Below are positions 37,920 through 49,022 of a DNA stretch of 64,000 nucleotides, in pieces (within the stretch, counting starts at the first letter, position 1; every line of letters begins with the position of its first letter). Origin of the DNA: Pseudogymnoascus verrucosus. Lineage: Eukaryota. Both the position numbers and the translations under genes were made by a program. The notes under the pieces were generated by a model. The model was given only the letters and a program-made list of their open reading frames with translations, made no database searches and was not told the origin of the DNA. The stretch is taken from the NCBI GenBank assembly GCA_001662655.1, contig KV460214.1; one strand, written 5' to 3'.

Positions 37920-38111
37920 AGTCTGTTGTTGCAGCCGTCAATGGCCCAAGATGATCACTTTTCGGTATCATTGTCTGAATGATAAGGTTTATATTGCTCG
38001 GGAACCTTGGGAGACACAGCTAATGGTCCGTGCATATACCGACGGAACCCGCCCGAAGCACAATGTAAATGAACAGTCAGCTCCATTGGAATCTACTTTT
38101 AGCCTATGTAA

Positions 38112-39219
38112 TCACGATCTTGCTCCCATTTTCGCAGATAACTGATCTGTCCAGCTTCCTAGCCATCTCCAGCTCTGTGCGGCCTTGTCGAGAAGTTCAA
38201 AGGCACCCTTGACAACTCCCTGAGGATCGTGGAGCTTGCTTCCCTCGAACTCCACGAAGAATATATACTGGAACGGGCGAATCTTGCTGGGCCGGCTATT
38301 AATACTAGTCAGGTTCAGCTGGTACTTTTTAAAGCTGTCCAATGCGTCCGCGAGTGCCCCCGGAGATTTGTGGTCCACCGTGAATGAAACCAAGCTCTTC
38401 TCATGAGCTCCAGCTTGGGTGAATAGACCCGCATCGTCCACTTTGTCGTTCTCTAAGCCCTTTCTCAGGACGAAGAATCGAGTAGTATTATCCACTGTAT
38501 CTTCTATGTTTCTCGCAAGCACATCTAGCTTGTGGGCAACTGATGCTGCTTCGCTTGCGATAGCGGCGCTCGTCCCAGTTGTATCTGCCTTTACCAGCTC
38601 TGCCGCCTTGCTCGTAGATGTAACATCGATCCTCTCGATGCCCTTGAGATATGCCCCTAGGAATAGTTCGCACTGCCCGAAGGCCTGTGGGTGGGAGTAT
38701 ATTCGTTGGATCTTGTCTAAGCTCGACAACGGCTTTGTCCGCGGCTTCAATGGCTTGGGCACAGCAGGCGTCGGGGTAGAGGATCCGTCTGTATCCTGTG
38801 GTAGAGAACTCGATTTGTGTCCCAAGAGGCAGTGATGGACATCTTGATATATCTCGCCGCAAACGGATATGTCGGGGTATGAGAGCTCTCTGTCCGCGAA
38901 GAGGTCGAGCGTGAAGACTACGGAGCCATTCGTGGAGTTTTCGAAGGGAACAACACCTCGTGAGGCTGTTCCAGATTGCACAGCTTCGAATATATCTATT
39001 TCGCCATGAGTAACAAGGAGCTATCTTCAAAGGCCTGGCTTAATACCTCTAATTGTCACCACGGGCACAAGTTCATAATCGGCTTCGGGGAAGCATCCCA
39101 GAGTAGCCTGGGGCACAAGGTGATTAGCTGAGTGTAATAAATTGAGCAGTTAAAATCAAACCTACCTGATGTGAATACGAGGACACCGGTCCAAGGAAGG
39201 CCACCTTTTCCTTCGTCAT
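38112..39219 (-). CDS. PHA2: Prephenate dehydratase
   Basis: FLGPVSSYSH, PFENSTNGSV, SHPQAFGQC, DNTTRF and ACT-domain SINSRP. Two introns. Confidence 0.93.
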
Positions 39220-39707
39220 CGTTCAGTGCGTCGTTTTGGCTGTGATGCCCATATGAAAACTACCCCACCGATAGCGCAATCGGCGACAATCGCGATAACG
39301 GCTGATTCACAGACAATATGGGGAAAATCGTCCAGCGCACAAAACGTTAGTATGAAACTACGGCCCGGTTCAAATGGCAGCTAGCAAGCGAATGGTGGAT
39401 GTTGACCTTAGTATTATTGAGAAAGTGCGCATATTACAGTTATTTTGGGGGAGAAACAAGGGTAATTTTCATTGGCAAACTTAAATGGTCATGGTAAACT
39501 TTTTTTATTGGCAAGCTATGTCGGAATGATTCCACTGTCGTAGCAGCAGAATCTAGGACATGCTATATAATACGGGCTAATGATTCACAAAACAAGACGC
39601 CTGCGATCAAAACAAATTCATGGAGCAAGCGATCTTCATCCCAGTCATCCCAAGCCGTCGTAAACTTGCCAGTACCACCTATAGAATCGAAGGGGGTCCT
39701 ATTAAGT

Positions 39708-39758
39708 CTGCCATACGTTAACTCTGCGCAACATCTGTCATACCACATGCAAGCTTAC
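39708..39758 (-). other. Predicted 3'UTR intron of eRF1
   Basis: AAG|GTAAGC donor at 39758, GTTAAC branch, CAG acceptor at 39708; 51 nt. Confidence 0.7.
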
Positions 39759-39963
39759 CTTTTTCAGCCTGTTTACTGTCATCTTAAGCCAACATCATGG
39801 AGTGTAGCGGACTGGGCCGGACCACCTGGGCAACCGGGCCGTGGCCAGGATAGATGGAAACTTGACCTGCCGTCTGCTTCGTAGCAGGAGCGCGCGGCGG
39901 CAGGGCAGGCGATGACGGGGTTTCTGGTTTAGAGTCCTCGCTCACTGCGAGGGCATCAAACTG

Positions 39964-41429
39964 TCAATCTAGGGAGGCGCGTTAGTGTAGTTCGTCGAGA
40001 CTCTGAAGCAGGGTACAAACCGTCATAATAATCATCATCATCCTCATCGACTTCAGCCAGCTGCTCGAAGTTGACCTTGTAACGAAGCAGACCGCCAATG
40101 CCACCGAATCCCTTGACGAACTGGTTTCCTTCGCTGGACCTATCGGAGACGAACTCAAGCGTGGTACCGAAGTCTCTGTACTTCTCAGCAATCCACTCAA
40201 GGAAGGATATCTGCTCAACAACTTCCATTTCTTGGCCAGTCTCCTTGTCCATGAATTGATCTCTGTCGGATGCTTCCTGTTTCTTCGTAGTGTGGAGAAT
40301 GACTTTGTTTCCGTTGGAGTCTTTAAGCTCCCAGCGGTTGATTTCCAAATTCTCAAAGACAATGAGGATCTCCACAGCACCCAGCTCCAACGCCTTGAGC
40401 GTATCTTCAACACCGTAGCAGACACGGCCAGTATCCTGGCTAATCTCCTCGAAGTATTTGCCGATAAGCTTCTTCTCCTGGATGAACTTGACGTTGCTCA
40501 GCGTCTCGGCAGAAAGCTCGATAGCCTGGTTGAAACCGTTTTCACCTCCGTAGGAGACATCGACAACCTTAATGACCTTGACCTGGAGTCTTCCATCGAA
40601 CAGATCGGACTGGTTCAGGTCGTTCTTGAAATCGGCAGAACCAGCCAAGATAATACCGGCAACGTTGACCTTGTCATTGGTAATGAAGTTCTGCACTGCC
40701 AATTCTGCGACCTTGCGGACATAATTGTGACGCTTTTCCTCACGAAGACGGGCGAAACGGAGAGCGGACTGACCACCACGGCCGTGCTTCTTGGGGAGAT
40801 CGACGGAGAACTTGTGAACAACGTCTCTGGTGTTGCCACTCAGGGTACCAAACAAGGCTCCGTTACCATCCATAATAATGAATCCAAACTTCTGGTCATC
40901 CTCGAGCAACTCCGCGAGGGCTTCCGTGTGGAACTTGTTGTCGCAAAGATACAGAGAGGTGTTGATAGGCCTGAAAGGCTCGAAATCAATATTGACCTTC
41001 CTTTCCTTTCCTTCAGAAGTCAAAATTTCACCACAGTACACGACCAGTCCATTCGGCGGGACTTTGTTGTATAGCTTCAGCCTCTGCTGAGTAGACGTAA
41101 TGGCGGACAGGACGGACTGTCTGTTGACACGCGACTTGATGTTGGAGGCAGTTCCCTGGGGAGTTATTAGCATACACTCAGCCATGATAGTGGCAAGGCA
41201 GAGCATACATATTCTTCAGCCAACATCTTTGCCGCACGCGAGACTTGATCCTTTGGAGCTGTTATATTGTCAGTGATGCGATCGGCTGAATGAGAAGATC
41301 CAACGTACGGATAATCAGCGAAATCATGGAAGTTCCATTTCCTCTGGCTGCTTCAAGACGCCTGATGAGCTTCTTGACCTTCCAAATCTCAATGTTCTTC
41401 TCGGCCTCGTTCGCCGCTGGGTCGGACAT
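39964..41429 (-). CDS. SUP45: Eukaryotic peptide chain release factor 1 (eRF1)
   Basis: TASNIKS, YLCDNKF and GRGGQS motifs. Three coding-region introns; the last (40020-39969) gives ...YYDD* with the stop at 39966-39964. Confidence 0.97.
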
Positions 41430-42465
41430 GATGTCGAAAAGGGTCCTTCAACCACCGGAAGTAAGAGAGCGAGAATTCGAGATTATGTGCGTCACAAATC
41501 TCTTGTGTATTCGCGATCGGATGCCGCGACTTTCTTGAGTTGTTTTGGTCGTGGATTGTGGCGTCGTCGGCCTCCAGGTGTAAATTATGTGGGACGCACC
41601 CAAGCGAGCGCGAAAGGTGGTTAAATGCTGCAAAAAAAGGGCTTCCGTATCACGTGAAGTTAGTTGGAGGGGTCAGGAACAACCCCGCAGCTGAAGTGGT
41701 CGTCTCACCTCTAGTACCTGGTTTATATAAGAACGGCAGATTCACTTTAGGTTGATTTATTTGTTTCTTGAGTCTCTCTTAATAGTCTTTCTGCTCGTCG
41801 TGAGGGGAGGAGAGTGGCTATATAAGGCTCTACAGGGATTTACAGGGAAACGCACAAAAATGTGCTCTTTGGTACTGATTCATGGTGTATATTGGCGTCA
41901 TTGCAGCTCATGGCGGGATTTGTAAATAGGACAACTTTTGCCAGCGCAGAGTCTACAAGCTAAGATGCTCACCGTCCCGAATTATTCTCTATACAGTAAT
42001 ACATGCAGCTTCAATTTCAAGTTTTGCCATTCAAACCCTCGGAGAATCTGTCCGAAATCGGAAAATATATCAACCGCTCGGCAATCTAGTGGTATCTAGT
42101 GAAATCCCATGACAGCACCGTTCGTGGGTTTTCCCGCTCCATGTCTGGCATCTCAGCCAATGATATTGATCCATTAGCAAAGCTGAGTGGGGCAACTCCC
42201 TTGCACTGATAAGGAGCAAGACCCTGTTTACTTTGCTAAGTACAAGGGCATTGTACTGTGAAGCTTCATATTGCATCTCGATAACGGAAAGAGCTGGGGA
42301 AGCTTATTAGCAACTCATATAACTGATATTGATATCCTTATCTTGGCTTCCGTGCCTACTCTACTCTCTCAGGCACTTGATGCCTCTGTTATAACTGATC
42401 TCTGATGCATCTATTCAACTAGATCGATCCTACATCTCTTGCCGCGGATACCAACGCCCGTCGCC

Positions 42466-44911
42466 ATGAGCCGTAACCCACCAAATCCAACGAACTGGGA
42501 CGACTACCAGTATGGCACGTCTTACAGATCTTCTGGTAGCTCGACTGGCAGAAGAAGCGTCCGCTTCGGTGCTGAGAGCGAGAGGGATGTGTCTCCCAGT
42601 GACACTGGTGATCGAACTGAGGTGGACTCTGGACTGCGAAGACGTCGGTAAGTTCCAATGAGGAGGATCGAGGAGTAGCCTCAAACCCCAAGGACTAGGC
42701 GTATTTAGGGACCTACTTATAAGGGTCCCTTAAACGTAGTCGAAGATATCCTGCAAGCTGTTCAGTTTGAAGCAGTACACAAGCCATGTCCTCGTGTGAC
42801 CTCCCCGTACAACAAGAGCATATATTAACGTTTGAACTACAGGTCGTCCATAAACATGCACTTGAATGCAATAGGCGAATTCGGAGGCGTCAACTCTATA
42901 AACAACTTCGCCAGGAGCTGGCAGCGAGCCGCGGCATTCCACGAAGCCGCACCACAACGGCCATCTTTCATCTTAGCTTCCGACTCCGAAGAGCAACGAT
43001 TCTCGCGGTCAGAAGTCGAACCTCGAAGCGATGCCCGTGCTTCCCTCCTTCAGCAGCATTTCTTGCACAGAGGTTCCGATGAAGCTATACAGGACGGCGA
43101 GAATGCTGAGAGCAGCGTCGTCTCGCCCCTGCTACAAGGACACGATGAAGCGCGCAAATCTCTGCGCGGCTCGGACTTTGGAAGCATAGGGGGCAGCCCA
43201 AGAGGAAGAGATTCTCTATTTCCGCTACCTGGAAGCTACGGGACCTCATACGGTACCATTCGCTCAATGGTGAATGAGCCCTCAATGGTGCATGCGGGCC
43301 GCCTATGGCGTCAGGAACAGGAGGCTGGCGATAAGTTGGCTGACGGAGAGAGGCCACCTCTTCTTGTCAAGGAAGTTGAGCAGGATGGCAAAATTGTTTT
43401 GGTTATTGACGGCCAGTCCACCTTGCCACAGACAGTCTTCAACTCAACGAACGTTCTCATTGGCATTGGTATCCTATCTTTACCGTTGGGAATGAAATAT
43501 GCTGGTTGGCTCTGCGGAACCATATTCCTAGCTGCGGCGGCGTTGGTTACTGCATATACAGCCAAACTTCTAGCGAAGTGCATGGATGTCGATGCAAGTC
43601 TGATCACGTTTGCTGATCTTGCATTCATTTCTGTATGTGTCCTGGATTTACCCCATCCTAAATCATCGCTAATACTCCCATAGTTTGGCCACAGAGCCCG
43701 AATCGCCACGGGGATTCTGTTCTCTGTTGAACTTCTAGCCGCCTGTGTGGCGTTAATCGTACTCTTTGCAGAGACCCTGGATCTTCTAATACCAGGAGTC
43801 GGTGTTGTGGAATGGAAGATCATATGTGGATTTTTGATGATACCCCTGAATTTTGTTCCTTTGCGTTTGCTCAGCTTTACCAGCATTTTGGGGATTTTTT
43901 CTTGCTTCTGCAGTAAGTTAGGCATTGGGGGTGTAGAGGGACAAAACATCCGTATTCTAAAACTAACGGTGTGATAGTTGTTCTCATTGTTTTCATTGAT
44001 GGATTCATTAAGCCGGAAACCCCTGGATCGCTTCGACAGCCTGCGGATACGTATATGTTCCCCAAAAATTGGTTAACTCTGCCAATCTCCTTGGGACTTC
44101 TCATCTGTATGACTATACCATTTGCTCCTTGATAGGCATTGACTGACCTTTCCAGCGCCCTTTGGAGGCCACGCAATCTTTCCCTCGTTCGTGGCAACCC
44201 ATTTACTTCATTTTGACAACAACTAATCAATCCTCAGGATCTACCGTGATATGAGGCATCCTCACCGATACGGCACAGCCCTCAAGATTACATTTTCATT
44301 CACCGTAAGTCCAAAAGAATACGTCAGATGGTCTTTGGGTGGGGAGCTGATTTAGCCTGTAGTATTTACTCGATGCCCTAACAGCAATTGCCGGCTACCT
44401 CATGTTCGGCGATGGTGTCCTCGACTCCGTAACTAACAACATAATCCGAACTAGCGGATACCCGCAGTCATTGACCGTACTTCTCTGCATCTTCATCGCC
44501 ATCATCCCGCTCACTAAACTACCTCTAAATGCCAGGCCCATAGTGGCCACCCTCGAGGCGCTCACCGGCCTCGACGCACGCACTGTCCCCGGCGATGATT
44601 CCCTAGTGGGGTGCTCCAAATTCGGCCGCGGCATCCAGAAGGTGGCGATACGAGTCGTTGTGATCATTTCTTTTGTCTTCTTAGCAGTCGTTTTCCCCGC
44701 ATTCGATAGCATCATGGCGTTTATGGGCTCCTGTTTGTGCTTTGCCATCTGCGTCATCCTGCCGCTGCTGTTCCATCTTAAAATCTTTGGGGATGAGATA
44801 CCGCGGGCAGAGAGGATCATGAATTGGGTCTTGATTGTTATCTCGACGATTCTTGCGGTTATTGGTACGATTTTTGCGTTCTTGCCCAAGTCTTGGATTG
44901 GAGCGGAGTGA
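42466..44911 (+). CDS. Vacuolar amino-acid transporter (Avt1-like, Aa_trans family)
   Basis: GGVNSINNFARSWQRAA, STLPQTVFNSTNVLIGIGILSLP, GGHAIFPSIYRDMRHP and TKLPLNARP. Several introns. Confidence 0.9.
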
Positions 44912-45292
44912 GCAAGTGTTTGTGCATTTTTGTTTTGTTGATATTTATTGTTTGATATATTTGTTTTGGTTAATTTGGTTGGCTATCTGCTGCATTTTCG
45001 AGGGGTTGTTAGAGCATTGTAAAATATATCACATCATTATAGTACACACATGGCATATGCCCTCAAATATATTTAGTCTTGTTTCTTCAAATCATGGGCA
45101 ATATTTGGTTTGATGAAGATGGTGGTGGCAATACGGCCCAAATCTAGAGCTTCGTCGACATTTTACAAAACATTTCAGATACGGTTTACAAAGCCCATTT
45201 GAGAAATCTGTTTCGTTTACACTAGCAGCAACCTCTCAGCACTTGATCAGCTGTGCGATAGTATCTAATCCCCCCTCTTCTGCCACCCATCA

Positions 45293-46171
45293 TCACTTCA
45301 AAATAATTGCAAAATTATTCCTCGTCCCTCCAGCCCTCACCTCCACCTTCTTGAACTGCTCCCGCTTAGCCTTCGGCGTCAGATCCACACCCCGCCACAG
45401 ATAATACACCAACTTATTCGACAGCTTCTTGTGCACCTTGGCATAGCCCAGGCTCGTCAATATAGCCTCCAGCTTCGGCTCATCCATGTATCGAGAATTC
45501 GACACACACGGTGCTGGTAAGACCAGAAATAGCGCAGGGAACACGGTCTGCAACTCTTCTTCGCTCTCCCCAAGTGGGCTGCGGAGGAATTGCAACGTCC
45601 GCTTCAGCATTTCGCCCCTGGAAACTGCGTCCGGCACATAGTTGAGCACCAAGCTCAGGCTGATGATTTCGAATTTCTCGTTCGATAGCTTAGGCAGCGG
45701 CCTTTCCATAAAGTCTTGCTGCGTAATGCCTTGTGCCTGGCTGTTCAAATCGATGCGCTCGGTATCGAAGAGTCCGCTCCTCGAGCAGGCATTGGTGGTA
45801 CTCAACGCGCCCACCTCAAGAAGTCGCAGTTTCTGCTCTCCGGTCCTCGCTTTAAGTGATGGTATTATCGGCTTCAACCAATCCATCAAAATCTTGCTGC
45901 TATCACCCCCGCGCTCATTTCCCTGGCCAATCAAGCTCGCCGTCTGGTACTTCTCAATCCCTCCCTGTTTCGCAATCTGTCTTTCTAGATCCGCGACTTT
46001 GATGGCATCGCCGGCTTTTTGGGCTATGGCCTTTTGCTTTTCGAGGGTGTGGTGGGCGCGGATGAGGGTTCGGGTGGCTTTGCTGGAGAGGGATGGGGGT
46101 GGTTTGACGGTGGGTGGTCGGCCGTGGGAGAGGCTTTTAGGTTTCCCACTCTTTTTCTTGGAGATTGCCAT
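45293..46171 (-). CDS. BMT2: 25S rRNA adenine-N1 methyltransferase Bmt2
   Basis: GGIEKYQTAS, RGGDSSK, LEVGALS, QQDFMERP, SLVLNYVP and RNNFAI. Confidence 0.9.
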   Translation of the reverse strand: MAISKKKSGKPKSLSHGRPPTVKPPPSLSSKATRTLIRAHHTLEKQKAIAQKAGDAIKVADLERQIAKQGGIEKYQTASLIGQGNERGGDSSKILMDWLKPIIPSLKARTGEQKLRLLEVGALSTTNACSRSGLFDTERIDLNSQAQGITQQDFMERPLPKLSNEKFEIISLSLVLNYVPDAVSRGEMLKRTLQFLRSPLGESEEELQTVFPALFLVLPAPCVSNSRYMDEPKLEAILTSLGYAKVHKKLSNKLVYYLWRGVDLTPKAKREQFKKVEVRAGGTRNNFAIILK

Positions 46172-46511
46172 GCACGCTTTGTTGTTGTCAAGTTTGAACT
46201 TGACTGACAGTTGCACAGGGTAATTTGAGCGTGTTAATAACTTTACTCGTCGACGATATCAATTCTCTTAATATCCAAACCCCACTGAACATCGCGAATT
46301 AAATAATGGGCGGTGAGTCTAGCAGAATGACCATATACAGTACTAGCTCCAATGCGATAAGAGTGCTGAAGTTTTCGCTTACAGGGTGCATGGGGTTGCT
46401 AGCGCGCACACAGAAATTCGGACTAAGCGCAAAATTCCCGGCGCAGCGCAGATATCTTCCGACCTTCAAGCTTCTCTCTCGACCACAACGAATCCGACAA
46501 ACTTCGACAAA

Positions 46512-47356
46512 ATGGCCCCTCCTAGCAAGACTGGTATGCGATGACACTTCCATCTACTTCTCCGCACAGGCGGCTATTGCACTCTGGCAATGCGATGAGC
46601 CCGACTCTTCTCGACGCCCGATAAGATGGAGCGAAACTTCTTTTTTCGAAATGGAAAAATAAACACGTTGTGTTGACTTTTTTCGGGCGTCGAAGAGGAG
46701 GGATGTCATACAATGCACACAAGCAGTAGCAGCTATTGCGAGTTCACAAGAGCGAATGCTGATGCGTTGTAATTAGGTGGTGCCTCCAAGGCCGGCAAGG
46801 GCAACAAGAAGGCCAATGAAGCCGCAAAGGCCGCTCTTAAGGGCGTAAGTATTCTCTCCTCTCTCCATCATCATCCTCACAACGCCCTCGGGACGTCACG
46901 GCTGACAATTTCAACAGGTTCACTCTCACAAGGCCCGCAAGGTCCGTCTCTCGACGACCTTCCACCGCCCGAAGACCCTGATCCTCTCGCGCTCGCCCAA
47001 GTACCCCCGCAAGAGCATTCCTCACCAGCCCCGCCTGGATGAGCACCAGGTCATCATCCACCCTCTCAACACCGAGAGCGCGATGAAGAAGATTGAGGAG
47101 AACAACACCCTCGTCTTCATTGTCAACATCAAGGCCAACAAGCGCCAGATCAAGGAGGCTCTTAAGAAGCTTTACGATATTGACACCGTCAAGATTAACA
47201 CCCTTGTCCGGTATGTACTCCCATTGATGCACCACAGCGAATAATAACAAAACTAACGTAATACCCAGCCCTGATGGATCCAAGAAGGCCTTCGCTCGCC
47301 TGACCCCAGATGTCGATGCTCTCGACATCGCCGCCACCAAGCTCGCCATCGTCTAA
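46512..47356 (+). CDS. RPL25: 60S ribosomal protein L25 (uL23), 4 exons
   Basis: [29 protein letters not shown] and KINTLVRPDGSKKA. First intron 46534-46776. Confidence 0.95.
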
Positions 47357-47948
47357 GTACGTAATGCCGGGTTCGGTTGTGGTTTTGCAAGGGATTGGAG
47401 GGATTATGATATTTGTTCGGGCATTATCAGGCTGAGGTCTTCTCGTGGCTACGGGGGACTCGATTTAAGCGGGTGTGCTATCGAAGGGCATTGTTACCCA
47501 GGCGTTTCTCCGTGGGGGGAATGAATGAACATCAAATTCAAACAACACTTGCAAACCTATATGTATTTTGTATCGTTTGGAAGTGAGGTGATTTGACGAC
47601 GTGATTTGTTGTTGTATTGAGACCTGTGAACTCTCGTAGACTATCGAATTATGCCCATCATAGTTCTGTTGATTTATTGTGTCTTGACTCGCAAACTCTT
47701 GTAGACTGATGCATTATGCTTGATACGCTTCAATCCTCCCCATTCGATCATCAATTCTATTCATCCCAGAGTGGAACATTCCCCATACTCTGCCATAAAA
47801 ATACACACCCCCATCCCATCCCAACCCTCCCATCCAGCCACATCTATATCAACACACCCTCCCTCCAGCCTCATAATAATACACCCTTTTCCCATCCCCC
47901 AATCTCCCAATCCCCTCATCCCTCTCCCCATCTCCCATCCCCAATAGT

Positions 47949-48393
47949 CTATCCCCTCATCCCCTCAAGCTGCTTAATAACCAAGAAATTCGCATCCAAA
48001 AAGCGATCCACACAGTTCCTCGCGCACGTCTCCTCGCTCTTATCCAGCTTCCCGCTCTTGATGCTGCCAGTCACGCACTTGGTCCAGCAGATGTCTGTGA
48101 GGTTGTGGACGGCTGTGGTTTCTTATTAGCTTTCTGTTTTGCTGTCTGTGGTTTGGGGCACGGCTGGTGGGCTCGCACTTGGGATGGAGGGAGGCAGGGA
48201 TGGAGAGGGGAGAAGGGATGTGATGGGATTGATGGGGGGAAGTGAGGCGGAGGGGCAATGGGGAAGGAGGGAAGGTGGGAGACATACACTGCTGCAACTT
48301 GCTCTTCTGCGTCTCATTCTGGATGAACTGCTGGAGCTCCTGCTTGTCGCGCTGGGTCAAGCTGTTGACGTCGAATTCTCCGTTGGCGTCCAT
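47949..48393 (-). CDS. TIM8: Mitochondrial small Tim chaperone Tim8
   Basis: [30 protein letters not shown]...[11 protein letters not shown] twin CX3C motif. One intron. Confidence 0.92.
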
Positions 48394-49022
48394 TGTGATT
48401 TGAGGGTTTTTGGTTTTTTTTTGGGTAGGTGGGTTGGTTTGGTTTGGTGGAGGTGTGGTAATTGGCAATTGTCTTGTGGATTGTGAGTTGTGTTTGGGTG
48501 GAGGTTCTGGGCGAGGCGCAAATTGTTGGTATGACGGTTCGGTGGTGGTAGAATTATTTGTGTCACGTGATAGTATTATTGGGTTGGCAGGGGGGTCGAG
48601 GAGAGCTGAATGGTAAAGCGTACAATTAAATATCACGAAGGTCATCATCACTGGGAAGGCGAAAAAGGTAGATCATATAATCCAATCCATTATTCAAATC
48701 AGTTGACTATCTATGGTCTCCAACTATAACCATCTCTTCGATTAAACTCTGGAACAAGACAAGCCTATATATGTAGACCTGGTTCGACAAGTGCAAGATA
48801 CATCAAACAACCAAGTTATAAGGGGGACACAATGCCCGTCCGCACCAAAGAAAAATTCGCATCGCGTAACATGTAATCCAAAGCTTGCTCGCATTCATGC
48901 CGTCGCAAAATCGTAATCGTAGTCATCATATGTTGCATAACTCCCAAAAAGCGACATTGCTCATGCTTTTTCTTATGCCTATGCTCATGCCAACCACAAA
49001 CACAAAACAGCGCAATATCAGA

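Noticed and set aside
39956..41206. ORF-track termini of eRF1 (MLCLAT... and ...RLTV)
   Set aside because: Both ends run into introns. The real start is at 41429 and the main stop is most likely 39966-39964.
42648..42842. TPP riboswitch or snoRNA in the long transporter intron
   Set aside because: No CTGAGA/GAACTTGAT aptamer core and no proper C/D or H/ACA boxes.
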